Shown here: positions 39,396-48,827 of the stretch, one piece after another | How positions within the stretch are numbered: the first letter of the stretch is position 1 | How the letters are laid out: each line of letters begins with the position of its first letter | NCBI GenBank assembly: GCA_934167825.1 | Contig: CAKPLY010000001.1 | Coordinates: 5,508 to 69,507, forward strand | Direction of reading: 5' to 3' | Length of the DNA stretch: 64,000 nt | From: an uncultured Bacilli bacterium | Lineage (GTDB): Bacteria; Bacillota_I; Bacilli_A; RF39; UBA660 | Translations under genes and position numbers: made by a program | Notes under the pieces: model-generated | Database searches by the model: none | What the model was told of the DNA's origin: nothing | What the model saw: only the letters and a program-made list of their open reading frames with translations

Positions 39396-41807
39396 ATGGA
39401 CTACAAAAAGATAGAAGAGAAATGGCAAAAATATTGGTTAGATAATGAGAGTTTTAAGGCGATAACAGGAAGTGATAAGAAACCCTATTATGTATTAGTA
39501 GAATTTCCTTATCCATCAGGAAGTGGACTTCATGTTGGACATGTTAGAAGTTATACTGCACAAGATGCACTTGCTAGGATGAAGAGAATGCAGGGATATA
39601 ATGTTTTATATCCAATGGGATGGGATGCTTTTGGTGCTCCTGCAGAACAATATGCAATTAAAAATCATATTCATCCAAAAGAAGCGGTAAAAGAAAATAT
39701 TAGGACATTTAAAAGACAAATGATGACTTTAGGATTTTCTTTTGACTGGAGTCGTGAATTTTCTACTACAGATCCAGAGTATTATAAATGGACTCAATGG
39801 CAATTTTTACAATTTTATAAACATGGTATGGCATATAAAGCAAAGACTTTAGTTAATTGGTGTGATAATTGTAAGACTGTACTATCAAATGAAGATTCTG
39901 CAGGGGGAGTATGTGAAAGATGTGGAAATAAGGTAGTACAAAAAGAAAAGAGCCAATGGATGCTTAAGATGAGTAGTTATGCTGAAGATTTACTTAAGGG
40001 ACTAGATGATACTAATTTTAAAGATAAAGTTAAGTTAGGGCAAATAAACTGGATAGGTAAATCATCTGGTGTAGAAGTGAGTGTTGATATAGTTGGTGGA
40101 GGTAAATTTAGTATATTTACTACTTGTATTGAAACTATATATGGTATAACATTCTTTGTTATTGCTCCAGATGGGGAACTTGTACAAGAATTGATGCCTA
40201 GAATAGAAAATAAAGAAGAAGTACTTAAGTATATAGAAGAATCCAAAAAGAAATCTAATATGGATAGAACTGAACTTAATAAAGGTAAGAGTGGATGTAT
40301 TTTAAAGGGTATTAAAGCAATTAATCCTGTTAATGGTAGGGAAGTTTCAGTATTTTTGGGAGACTTTGTTCTTGGTAGTTATGGAACAGGTGCGGTAATG
40401 GCAGTACCTAGTCATGATGAAAGAGACTTTATGTATGCAAAAGAACATAATATTCCTATGATACAAGTAATTGATGGACAAGATACTAGTGAGCATGCTT
40501 TTGAGAAACAAGATTATTTAGGTAAGGGATGTAAATTAATTAATAGTGAAGAATTTACTGGTATGGATGTAATGGACGCAAAACGTGAGATTACTAAGAA
40601 ATTAGTATCTATGGGTATAGCAAAAGAAGTTACTAATTATAAGATGAGAGATTGGATTTTTTCAAGACAAAGATTTTGGGGAGAACCAATACCTATGGTA
40701 TATTGTGAAAAATGTGGTTATGTACCTATACCTGAAGAAGAATTACCACTTCTACTACCAGATGTTGCAGAGTATGAACCTACAGATAATGGAGAAAGTC
40801 CACTTGCTAAAATTACTTCTTGGGTAAATACTAAATGTCCTTGTTGTGGTAGTGCTGCAAAAAGAGAAACAGATACAATGCCTAACTGGGCAGGATCAAG
40901 TTGGTATTTTTTAAGATTTATGGATCCACATAATGATAAGTGTTTTGCAAGTATGGATGCGATGAAATATTGGGATAAAGTTGATTGGTACAATGGTGGT
41001 ATGGAACATACTGCAAGACACTTGCTTTACGCTAGATTTTGGGTACAATTTTTGTACAATATAGGGCTTGTTCCTAAAAAAGAAATGATTTGGACTAGAG
41101 TAAGTCATGGTATGGTACTTGGTGCAAATAATGAAAAGATGAGTAAGAGTAAAGGCAATGTAATAAATCCTGATGATGTAGTAAGTGAATTTAGTGCAGA
41201 TATTTTAAGAGTTTATGAAATGTTTATGGGAGACTATGAACAAGATGTACCTTGGAGTACTGAATCACTTAAGGGTTGTAAGAGATTTATAGAAAAAGTT
41301 ATAAGACTTAAAGATAAAGTAGTAGATAATGATAATTACTCAAAAGATTTAGAAGTGATTATTAATAAAACTATTAAAAAGGTAGAAAATGATATTATTA
41401 ATCAAGGATATAATACTGCTGTATCTGCACTTATGATTCTTGCAAATAGTTATGATAGTAAGAATGAAATAACTAAAAAAGATTATAATTTACTTTTAAC
41501 ACTTCTTAATCCTATTGCACCACATATTACTGAAGAATTAAATGAAATGATTGAATATAAACCTATATGTGAAAGTGTATGGCCAGTATATGATGAAGAA
41601 AAAACTATAGATAATTCTATAGAAATAGGAGTACAAGTAAATGGTAAACTTAGAAGTTCTATTGTTATAAATAAAGATGATTCTAAGGAAGAAATAGAAA
41701 AGAAAGCATTAAATGATGCTAATATAATTAAGAATATTATAGATAAAGAAATAGTTAAAGTAATTGTAGTACCAGGAAGAATAGTTAATATAGTTATAAA
41801 GGGATAG
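39396..41807 (+). CDS. leuS: leucyl-tRNA synthetase
   Basis: HVGHVRSYT (HIGH), KMSKSKGN, CP1 editing domain, zinc knuckles; 803 aa. Confidence 0.95.
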   Translation: MDYKKIEEKWQKYWLDNESFKAITGSDKKPYYVLVEFPYPSGSGLHVGHVRSYTAQDALARMKRMQGYNVLYPMGWDAFGAPAEQYAIKNHIHPKEAVKENIRTFKRQMMTLGFSFDWSREFSTTDPEYYKWTQWQFLQFYKHGMAYKAKTLVNWCDNCKTVLSNEDSAGGVCERCGNKVVQKEKSQWMLKMSSYAEDLLKGLDDTNFKDKVKLGQINWIGKSSGVEVSVDIVGGGKFSIFTTCIETIYGITFFVIAPDGELVQELMPRIENKEEVLKYIEESKKKSNMDRTELNKGKSGCILKGIKAINPVNGREVSVFLGDFVLGSYGTGAVMAVPSHDERDFMYAKEHNIPMIQVIDGQDTSEHAFEKQDYLGKGCKLINSEEFTGMDVMDAKREITKKLVSMGIAKEVTNYKMRDWIFSRQRFWGEPIPMVYCEKCGYVPIPEEELPLLLPDVAEYEPTDNGESPLAKITSWVNTKCPCCGSAAKRETDTMPNWAGSSWYFLRFMDPHNDKCFASMDAMKYWDKVDWYNGGMEHTARHLLYARFWVQFLYNIGLVPKKEMIWTRVSHGMVLGANNEKMSKSKGNVINPDDVVSEFSADILRVYEMFMGDYEQDVPWSTESLKGCKRFIEKVIRLKDKVVDNDNYSKDLEVIINKTIKKVENDIINQGYNTAVSALMILANSYDSKNEITKKDYNLLLTLLNPIAPHITEELNEMIEYKPICESVWPVYDEEKTIDNSIEIGVQVNGKLRSSIVINKDDSKEEIEKKALNDANIIKNIIDKEIVKVIVVPGRIVNIVIKG

Positions 41808-41850
41808 TGTTTAGCTATTTCTTTTTAATTATTAGACAAATAAATAAGGA

Positions 41851-42702
41851 ATGTACTTTATTTTAGTATATATTTATGGTAGAATTAATAACAAGAAAAG
41901 GATGTGTGTAAATTTGAAGAAATTTAGAAAGAAATTAAAGGGACTTGATTTTAAGAATAATAAGTATCCTACAATATTATATTTTACTTTAAGAATATTA
42001 GTAATTTTTCTTATGATATATAATATTACTCAAGGAAGATACGAGAATGCTTTTACTTGTTTGTTAGTACTTTTTTTACTACTTCTTCCTTTTATAATGG
42101 AAGAAAAGATAAAGTTAGAATTTTCTTCTTCTTTAGAGATAGTAATACTTTTATTTATCTTTTGTGCTGAAATTTTAGGAGAAGTAAATGCTTGGTATCA
42201 AAGAATACCTAATTTTGATACTTTAATGCATACTATTACGGGATTTATAATGGGTGCAGTAGGATTTTCATTAGTTAATATGGTTAATAATAGTGAAAGA
42301 GCAGGTATTAAGTTAAATCATAAATATTTACTTGTAGCATCTTTTTGTTTTTCTATGACTATTGGTGTTTTGTGGGAGTTTTTTGAGTTTGGAGTAGATC
42401 AAATATTTCATGCTGATATGCAAAAAGATACTTATGTAAGTGAAGTAAATTCTGTTATGTTTGATGAAACAAGAAAAAACAAGGTAGTTAATGTTAAAAT
42501 AGATAGTGTTATAGTTAATGGAGAAGTTTGGCCAGGTTATTTGGATATTGGTCTTATTGATACTATGAAGGATTTGATTGTTAACGCTATTGGGGCAATT
42601 ACTTTTTCTGTAATTGGATATATTACTATTTCTAAGAATAATGGTGAAGCAGAAAAACTAATTGTAATAAAAAAGAAAGATGACATTAGAGTTATTGGAT
42701 AA
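41851..42702 (+). CDS. integral membrane protein, YjdF/DUF2238-like (start uncertain, possibly 41902)
   Basis: Multi-TM; WEFFEFGVDQIFHADMQ region. Confidence 0.4.
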   Translation: MYFILVYIYGRINNKKRMCVNLKKFRKKLKGLDFKNNKYPTILYFTLRILVIFLMIYNITQGRYENAFTCLLVLFLLLLPFIMEEKIKLEFSSSLEIVILLFIFCAEILGEVNAWYQRIPNFDTLMHTITGFIMGAVGFSLVNMVNNSERAGIKLNHKYLLVASFCFSMTIGVLWEFFEFGVDQIFHADMQKDTYVSEVNSVMFDETRKNKVVNVKIDSVIVNGEVWPGYLDIGLIDTMKDLIVNAIGAITFSVIGYITISKNNGEAEKLIVIKKKDDIRVIG

Positions 42703-42754
42703 AAAGAAAAAGAGATTCATAAAATTGAATTTCTTTTACATTATATAAAGATAT

Positions 42755-42844
42755 AAAGAAAAAGAACTTTATTATAAAAGTACTTCATCTTTTTGCTATC
42801 ATTTTATTACTTTCTACCTTGCTAGTATTAGCGATAAAAAAATG
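42755..42844 (+). pseudogene. start-less remnant of the 30-aa hydrophobic peptide gene (KKKNFIIKVLHLFAIILLLSTLLVLAIKK*)
   Basis: About 70% identical in-frame to the 43128-43220 product, but the ATG and SD are lost (atataa-agaaaaag versus gaggaggtagatataATGaag). Confidence 0.5.
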
Positions 42845-42954
42845 ATACCTTAATTCAAACATTTTGAATTAAAAGCCGCAAATTCAATTTTGAGGTAGAC
42901 ATTCAATATGCCAAAATCAAATGTCCTCACTTTTGTAAGTATCGTTTTACTTAC
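42834..42954 (-). ncRNA. candidate antisense/small RNA 1 (minus strand): promoter TTGACA-17-TATTAT at 42961-42989, hairpins, terminator hairpin ttaattcaaa/tttgaattaa + U-run
   Basis: Consensus hexamers on the minus strand. Structured modules conserved with sRNA 2 through compensatory changes. Inference; not verified by expression data. Confidence 0.4.
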
Positions 42955-43032
42955 ATATTAATAATAACATAAAATGTATGTTTTGTCAAAGAGAAATGCA
43001 AAAAAAATATAGCAAAAAATTGCTACTGTTCG

Positions 43033-43061
43033 CTTGTTTTTACTAGTGTTTTAGAGTATAA
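43033..43061 (+). promoter_or_regulatory. putative promoter of the peptide mRNA (TTGTTT-17-TATAAT)
   Basis: Good -10 TATAAT at 43046-43051; weak -35. Confidence 0.35.
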
Positions 43062-43127
43062 TGTATATAGGAACATTTGATGTGAGTGTCGCCTCCATTC
43101 TTTCAAAAAAGAGAGGAGGTAGATATA

Positions 43128-43220
43128 ATGAAGACAAAGACTTTTATTATAAAAGTTTTAAAGCTTTTATGCACTCTTCTTCTATTATCAACCTTATTGG
43201 TCTTGGTAATAAAAAAATAG
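43128..43220 (+). CDS. 30-aa hydrophobic peptide MKTKTFIIKVLKLLCTLLLLSTLLVLVIKK: candidate type I toxin
   Basis: Strong SD GAGGAGG 8 nt upstream. Anti-SD CCTCC hairpin at 43092-43096. Single TM helix with KK tail. Convergent sRNA overlapping the 3' end. Too short for the ORF track. Confidence 0.5.
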   Translation: MKTKTFIIKVLKLLCTLLLLSTLLVLVIKK

Positions 43221-43330
43221 ACACTCAATCGTTAATGAATGAGTGTCGTTAACAAATCATTTTGAGGCGACATTCACTTACGTAATTAAATGTTCCTCTT
43301 TTTTTATTATATGCAAGAGTTCTTGCTTAC
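43212..43330 (-). ncRNA. candidate antitoxin small RNA 2 (minus strand): promoter TTGACA-17-TATTAT at 43337-43365, terminator GACACTCA hairpin + U7 abutting the peptide stop
   Basis: Perfect consensus hexamers with a 17-bp spacer on the minus strand. Hairpin gacactca..tgagtgtc then tattttttt on the minus strand. Inference. Confidence 0.45.
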
Positions 43331-43396
43331 ATACTAATAATAACATAAAATGTATGTTTTGTCAAAAGATTTTTTCAAAAATTTATATGAATTCAA

Positions 43397-43425
43397 TTGA
43401 CAAAAAACTAAAAATTTTGTATATT
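43397..43425 (+). promoter_or_regulatory. sigma-A promoter TTGACA-17-TATATT for the downstream leader/membrane gene
   Basis: Hexamers seen directly. Confidence 0.55.
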
Positions 43426-43447
43426 ATAAGTGCATAAGAAGTTATGT

Positions 43448-43554
43448 AAAAAAGCGGTGAACCCAGCCGATAAATCGGGACTTAAAAAGCGGTGAACCCA
43501 GCCATTAAATTGGGACTTGAAAAAGCGGTGAACCCGGCCATGAAACTGGGACTT
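43448..43554 (+). repeat. three tandem 36-nt direct repeats (AAAAAGCGGTGAACCCRGCC-N7-YYGGGACTT) in the 5' leader
   Basis: The period is exactly 36 nt. Each unit has a small hairpin with variable loops and compensatory stems. Confidence 0.7.
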
Positions 43555-43560
43555 AAAAAA

Positions 43561-43590
43561 GACGGCTAGAGTCTAATGCTCTAGTCTTTT
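43561..43590 (+). terminator. leader terminator/attenuator hairpin (gacggctagag..ctctagtc + TTTT) just upstream of the SD
   Basis: 8-bp stem with a T-run, 20 nt before the ATG at 43613. Confidence 0.5.
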
Positions 43591-43612
43591 ATATAGAAGG
43601 GATGATAATATT

Positions 43613-44455
43613 ATGAAAGATATAATTATAGATACATTAATTGATACTTTAAAACTAGTACCATTTCTATTTATAGCATTTTTAATACTAGAATTATTTG
43701 AGCATAAATTTAGTAAAAAAACTATTAAAGTAGTAGAAAAGTCTGGTAAATATGGTCCAATACTTGGAGGATTACTTGGTGCAATACCACAATGTGGTTT
43801 TTCTGTTATTGCTACTAATTTATATGTAAGTAGAATTATTACACTTGGAACTTTGATTAGTATATATTTATCTACTAGTGATGAAATGATACCAGTATTA
43901 ATTAGTCAAGATGCTAGTATTAGTTTAATACTTAAGATACTTTTAATTAAAGTACTTATTGGTATTTTTTGTGGAGTGATAATAGATTTAGTATTAAGAA
44001 AAAAAGAAAATTTAAAGAAAGATTATAGTTTATGTGAAGAAGAACATTGCCACTGTGAAAATAATATATTTTTATCTTCACTTAAACATACGATTAATAT
44101 AATTATCTTTATATTAGTTATTAATTTTATGCTTAATTTATGCTTCTATTATTTAGGAGAAGATTATATATCTAAGATACTTCTTAAGGATAGTATATTT
44201 GGTTCATTTGCATCTTGTTTAATTGGTCTTATTCCTAATTGTGGTGCAAGTGTAATGCTTAGTCAATTATATTTAGGTAATGCTATTAGTTTTGGTAGTT
44301 TAATTGGAGGACTATTAACTGGTAGTGGTGTAAGTTTATTAGTATTATTTAAAACTAATAAAGATATAAAAGAAAATTTAAAAATAATATTTATTTTATA
44401 TTCAATTGGAGTACTAAGTGGTATTCTTATAGAATTAATTGGAAAGGTCTTTTAA
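43613..44455 (+). CDS. integral membrane protein with two homologous halves, each carrying IPxCG(F/A)SV; putative permease
   Basis: Internal repeat IPQCGFSVIATNLY / IPNCGASVMLSQLY; 8-10 TM. Family not assigned. Confidence 0.55.
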   Translation: MKDIIIDTLIDTLKLVPFLFIAFLILELFEHKFSKKTIKVVEKSGKYGPILGGLLGAIPQCGFSVIATNLYVSRIITLGTLISIYLSTSDEMIPVLISQDASISLILKILLIKVLIGIFCGVIIDLVLRKKENLKKDYSLCEEEHCHCENNIFLSSLKHTINIIIFILVINFMLNLCFYYLGEDYISKILLKDSIFGSFASCLIGLIPNCGASVMLSQLYLGNAISFGSLIGGLLTGSGVSLLVLFKTNKDIKENLKIIFILYSIGVLSGILIELIGKVF

Positions 44456-44542
44456 ACAAAGTTCTAACTTGATGTTTACTAATGCCTTTACAAATCCTTA
44501 ATTTAATAATATAATAGACTTGTAAGGGAGTAAGTAGGATGT

Positions 44543-45430
44543 ATGAGTAAGAAAGTTATAGTGATAACAGGACCTACTGGTGTAGGTAAGACTAAGATGT
44601 CTGTTAGTATTGCAAAGTTATTAGATGGAGAAATAATAAATTGTGATAGTATGCAGATATATAAAGGATTAAATATAGGTACTGCGAAGATTAAAGAAGA
44701 AGAAAAAGAAGGTATACCTCATTATTTATTTGATATAAAAAATGTTAATGAAGATTATTCTATATATGATTATCAAATAGATGCTAGAAAAGTAATAGAT
44801 GATATACTTAGTAGAGGTAAGACTCCAATATTAGTGGGGGGTACAGGACTTTATATTAAAAGTGCTATATATGATTATAAATTAAATGAAGAGAAAAGTA
44901 ATAATGATTATGAAGATTATACTAAAGAAGAATTATATGATATGTTAGTGAAGATAGATCCTAAAATTAAGATAGATAAGGATAACAAAAGAAGATTAGT
45001 TAGGGCATTAAATTATTATATAGAAAATGGTAAAATGATAAGTAGTAATAAAACTAATGAGTTAGTATATGATACTATATTTGTTGGACTTACTACTGAA
45101 AGAAGTAAGTTATATTCTATTATTAATTCTAGAGTGGATAAGATGATAGATGAAGGGCTTATCAAGGAAGTTAAATCTTTCTTTGATAATAAGATACATA
45201 CTAAGCCTTTGGTAAATGGAATTGGATATAAGGAATTATATGGATACTTTGATGATAAATTAACGTTAGGTGAAAGTGTTGATTTAATTAAATCTAATAG
45301 TAGGCATTATGCAAAAAGACAATATACTTTTCTTCGTAATCAACTTGATGTAAAGTGGTTTAATGTAGACTTTGAAAATTTTTCAAATACTATAAGGGAT
45401 GTATATGATTATATAGAGAGTAAAACGTAA
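44543..45430 (+). CDS. miaA: tRNA dimethylallyltransferase
   Basis: P-loop GPTGVGKT and the characteristic DSMQIYKGLNIGTAK. Confidence 0.9.
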   Translation: MSKKVIVITGPTGVGKTKMSVSIAKLLDGEIINCDSMQIYKGLNIGTAKIKEEEKEGIPHYLFDIKNVNEDYSIYDYQIDARKVIDDILSRGKTPILVGGTGLYIKSAIYDYKLNEEKSNNDYEDYTKEELYDMLVKIDPKIKIDKDNKRRLVRALNYYIENGKMISSNKTNELVYDTIFVGLTTERSKLYSIINSRVDKMIDEGLIKEVKSFFDNKIHTKPLVNGIGYKELYGYFDDKLTLGESVDLIKSNSRHYAKRQYTFLRNQLDVKWFNVDFENFSNTIRDVYDYIESKT

Positions 45431-45729
45431 AATACAAACAAAAGTTTGTATTTTTTAATTAATTTCATTGACATAAACAAGTGTTTGTGTTATTCTTATA
45501 TTGTAGGAAGGGTGATAAGTATGAAATTAATTAAAAATAATAAAGGAGCAATAATATTTTATCTAATTATAATCGTTACGGGATTATTATTAAAGGTTAG
45601 TAATGATAATTATATAATGGATAAAGAAAGTAATAATACTTTTACCTATAATGATTCTTTAAATTAATACATTAGATATAGTGTATTTTTTTATTTTATG
45701 TTATAATTAGATAGAAAGAAGTTGATAAG

Positions 45730-46008
45730 ATGGAACTTAAGAATTGTCCTAATTGTAAAGAAAGAATTAGTGTTAAGGATATACAATGTCCTTATTGTAA
45801 ATATATAGATGATAAAAGATATAAAAAAGAGAATGATAAGTTAAAAAAGAAGAAAATGATGGAGATAAGAGATAAGAAATTACTTAAGAAGAAGTTAAAT
45901 ACTAGTAAGAAAAAGAAACAAAGAGAAGCGTTTTTAATGTATAGTATATCTACTGTTTGTATAATAGTATGTATAATTATATATATAGTACTTAGGGTAA
46001 TTAAATGA
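45730..46008 (+). CDS. small zinc-ribbon protein with C-terminal TM helix
   Basis: CPNCKERI...CPYCKY, a Lys-rich linker, then a hydrophobic tail. Confidence 0.45.
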   Translation: MELKNCPNCKERISVKDIQCPYCKYIDDKRYKKENDKLKKKKMMEIRDKKLLKKKLNTSKKKKQREAFLMYSISTVCIIVCIIIYIVLRVIK

Positions 46009-46091
46009 CAATAAAGATTAAACTAGAAATATATATACATTTTTTTAGTTTTTTGGTATAATATTTACTAGAAAAGGAAGATTTGATTTAG

Positions 46092-47171
46092 ATGAGAGTA
46101 ATTATTTCTGCGGGTGGTACTGGTGGTCATATATATCCAGCACTTGCTATAATTAATAAGATTAAGAAAGAAGATAAGACAGCAGAGTTTTTATATATTG
46201 GTACAGATAATAGGATGGAGAAAGATTTAATACCATCATTTAATATACCATATGAACAGTTACATGTTACAGGGCTAGATAGAAAAAATATTTTAAATAA
46301 TTTTAAGACTATTAATAATTTGTTTGTAGCAATAAAAAAGTGTAAAAAAATAATTAAGAATTTTAAACCTGATATAGTAATAGGTTGTGGTGGTTATGTT
46401 ACAGTTCCTGTTATTATTAGTGCTAGTAAATTAAAAGTTAAGACTATTATTCATGAACAAAATAGTGTTGTAGGACTTGCTAATAAAATTCTTAGCAAAT
46501 ATGTTGATAAAGTTATGGTTAGTTTTCCAGAGAGTGTTAATTTATTTAAGAAAGATAAAGCAGTGCTTACAGGTAATCCTTGTAGTTCTAATGCTGTTAG
46601 TTTAAAGAAACAAGATATAGAGGAATATAAATTGTCTAATGATAAAGATACTGTACTTATTGTTATGGGAAGTTTGGGTAGTAAAACAATAAATGATATG
46701 ATATACGATAATTTAAATATATTTAAAGATAAGAATTATCAAGTATTATTTGTAACAGGTAATTCATATTATGAAAAGTTAGATAAAGTAAAAGAATATG
46801 ATAATGTTAAGGTAGTACCATTTATTTATGAACTTCCTAGAGTTATGAAGAGTGCTAGTTTAATGGTATCTAGAAGTGGTGCAAGTACTATAGCAGAAAT
46901 TGAAGCAGTAAATATTCCTACAATATTTATACCTAGTCCTTATGTTACTAATAATCATCAGTATAAGAATGCTGTGTCTTTAGTAAATAAAGATGCTGGA
47001 GTATTAATTGAAGAAAAAGATTTAACTATAGATAAACTAATTAGTAATATAGATAATTTATTGTTAGATAAGAAAAGGTATAGTGTAATAAAGAAGAATT
47101 TAAAAGATATAGGGATTAAAGATAGTGATGATAGAGTATATAAAGTAATAAAGGAAGTAACTAAGGAATGA
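46092..47171 (+). CDS. murG: undecaprenyldiphospho-muramoylpentapeptide beta-N-acetylglucosaminyltransferase
   Basis: ISAGGTGGHIYPALAI N-terminus and the GT28 C-terminal domain. Confidence 0.9.
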   Translation: MRVIISAGGTGGHIYPALAIINKIKKEDKTAEFLYIGTDNRMEKDLIPSFNIPYEQLHVTGLDRKNILNNFKTINNLFVAIKKCKKIIKNFKPDIVIGCGGYVTVPVIISASKLKVKTIIHEQNSVVGLANKILSKYVDKVMVSFPESVNLFKKDKAVLTGNPCSSNAVSLKKQDIEEYKLSNDKDTVLIVMGSLGSKTINDMIYDNLNIFKDKNYQVLFVTGNSYYEKLDKVKEYDNVKVVPFIYELPRVMKSASLMVSRSGASTIAEIEAVNIPTIFIPSPYVTNNHQYKNAVSLVNKDAGVLIEEKDLTIDKLISNIDNLLLDKKRYSVIKKNLKDIGIKDSDDRVYKVIKEVTKE

Positions 47172-48046
47172 ATTTGTTTGATAATTATGAGATATATAAA
47201 GATATAAATATAAAGAAATATAATACTTATAGGTTAGATGTTATAGTTAAATATTTAATATTTGTAAGAAATATTAATGAGCTTGTAAGTTTAATTAAGA
47301 TAATAAAATCTAATAATATTAAGTATGTTGTTTTAGGTAATGGAAGTAATGTAATATTTAAAGATAGTTATTATGATGGTGTAGTAATTAAGTTGGATAA
47401 GTTAAATAATATAGAAATTAATGATAATATAGTTAAAGTAGAATCTGGAGTAAGTTTAATTAAGTTATCTAGTTTATGTATAGATAATAACTTAAAAGGA
47501 TTAGAATTTGCATATGGAATACCAGGACTTGTTGGAGCATCTACAGCGATGAATGCTGGGGCGTATAATAAAGATATGGCTAGTGTTATAAAAGAAGTTA
47601 AGGTATTAGATAGAGATTTAAATATAGTTACTATGAGTAATAAAGAGTTAAACTTTAAATATAGAGATTCTTTTTTAAAACATAATAAAGATTATATATG
47701 TTTAGAAGTTACTATGGAGTTAGAAAGAGGAGAAAAAGATACTAGTTTAAGTTTAGTGGAAGAAAGAAGAATAAGAAGAATGGAAAGTCAACCACTAGAA
47801 TATCCTAGTGCAGGAAGTGTATTTAGAAATCCTACTAATATGCATGCTGGAGCGTTGATCGAAGAATGTGGACTTAAAGGATATAGTATTAATGGAGCAA
47901 CTGTAAGCAAAAAACATGCTAACTTTATTATAAATACTGGGGGATGTACAGGAAAAGATATAATAGAATTAATTAATTTAATAAAATGTAAGGTATATGA
48001 AAAATATAATGTTAATTTAATATTAGAACAAGAAATTATAGAATAA
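47168..48046 (+). CDS. murB: UDP-N-acetylenolpyruvoylglucosamine reductase
   Basis: FAD-binding domain (VVLGNGSNV) and C-terminal MurB domain (SAGSVFRNP). Confidence 0.85.
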   Translation: MNLFDNYEIYKDINIKKYNTYRLDVIVKYLIFVRNINELVSLIKIIKSNNIKYVVLGNGSNVIFKDSYYDGVVIKLDKLNNIEINDNIVKVESGVSLIKLSSLCIDNNLKGLEFAYGIPGLVGASTAMNAGAYNKDMASVIKEVKVLDRDLNIVTMSNKELNFKYRDSFLKHNKDYICLEVTMELERGEKDTSLSLVEERRIRRMESQPLEYPSAGSVFRNPTNMHAGALIEECGLKGYSINGATVSKKHANFIINTGGCTGKDIIELINLIKCKVYEKYNVNLILEQEIIE

Positions 48047-48062
48047 AGAGGAGTTTTAAGAA

Positions 48063-48749
48063 ATGACTGAGGCAAAAAAGATAAGAGTAAAGGTAAAAAG
48101 AAGAAAACTAAAACTTAAGAATATATTTTTAGCACTTTTAATAGTTATATTATTTAGTGGTTTAGTATATTTATTTATTAATATAAAGATAAAGAATATA
48201 TATGTAATAGATAATAAAATAGTTAGTGATAAAGAAATAATTTATGCCTCAAAATTAAATGATTATCCACCACTACTTAAGATTAGTAAAAAGAAAATTA
48301 AGAATTCAGTTATTTCTAATATTCCATATATAAAAGATATTACTATAAGGAAGTATCCATTTAAGGTATATATTTATGTTATAGAGCATAAAGTAATAGC
48401 ATTATATAATGATAAGGTTTTATTAGATAATGGTAGTTTAGTAGACAATACTTATGATTTAAGAGATTATCCAATACTTATTAGTGATATATCTATAGTT
48501 AAGGATAATTTTATATATTATTTTAATAAGGTAGATAATGATATAATTACTAAGATATCACAGATAGAATATGTACCAAATGATGTAGATAAAGAGAGAT
48601 TTTTACTATATATGAATGATGGTAATAGTGTATATATTACACTTACTAAGATAGATAAGTTAAATAAGTATATGAAGATTATTAGTACTTTAGATGGTAA
48701 GAATGGAATAATATATTTAGACTCAGGAGATTATATAGAATTAAAATAA
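48063..48749 (+). CDS. divIB: cell division protein DivIB/FtsQ
   Basis: Basic N-terminus, single TM, POTRA-like region; position after murB. Confidence 0.65.
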   Translation: MTEAKKIRVKVKRRKLKLKNIFLALLIVILFSGLVYLFINIKIKNIYVIDNKIVSDKEIIYASKLNDYPPLLKISKKKIKNSVISNIPYIKDITIRKYPFKVYIYVIEHKVIALYNDKVLLDNGSLVDNTYDLRDYPILISDISIVKDNFIYYFNKVDNDIITKISQIEYVPNDVDKERFLLYMNDGNSVYITLTKIDKLNKYMKIISTLDGKNGIIYLDSGDYIELK

Positions 48750-48827
48750 AGAAATTATTATAAAGTACTTTCTTTTTTTTTATAGTTTTGATATAATTAG
48801 ATATGTAGAGTAACGAAAGGAGTATAT

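Noticed and set aside
43061-43437. ORF-track ORFs 43061-43252 and 43243-43437 in the TA-like region
   Set aside because: They lack an SD. Their frames cut across the structured modules and the much better-supported 30-aa SD-preceded ORF. I consider them spurious.
45521-45667. Small ORF MKLIKNNKGAIIFYLIIIV... as a third prepilin-like protein
   Set aside because: It shares the KNNKG motif but lacks Glu at +5 after the Gly, and the rest is a simple TM helix. More likely it is a small membrane protein, or not expressed.
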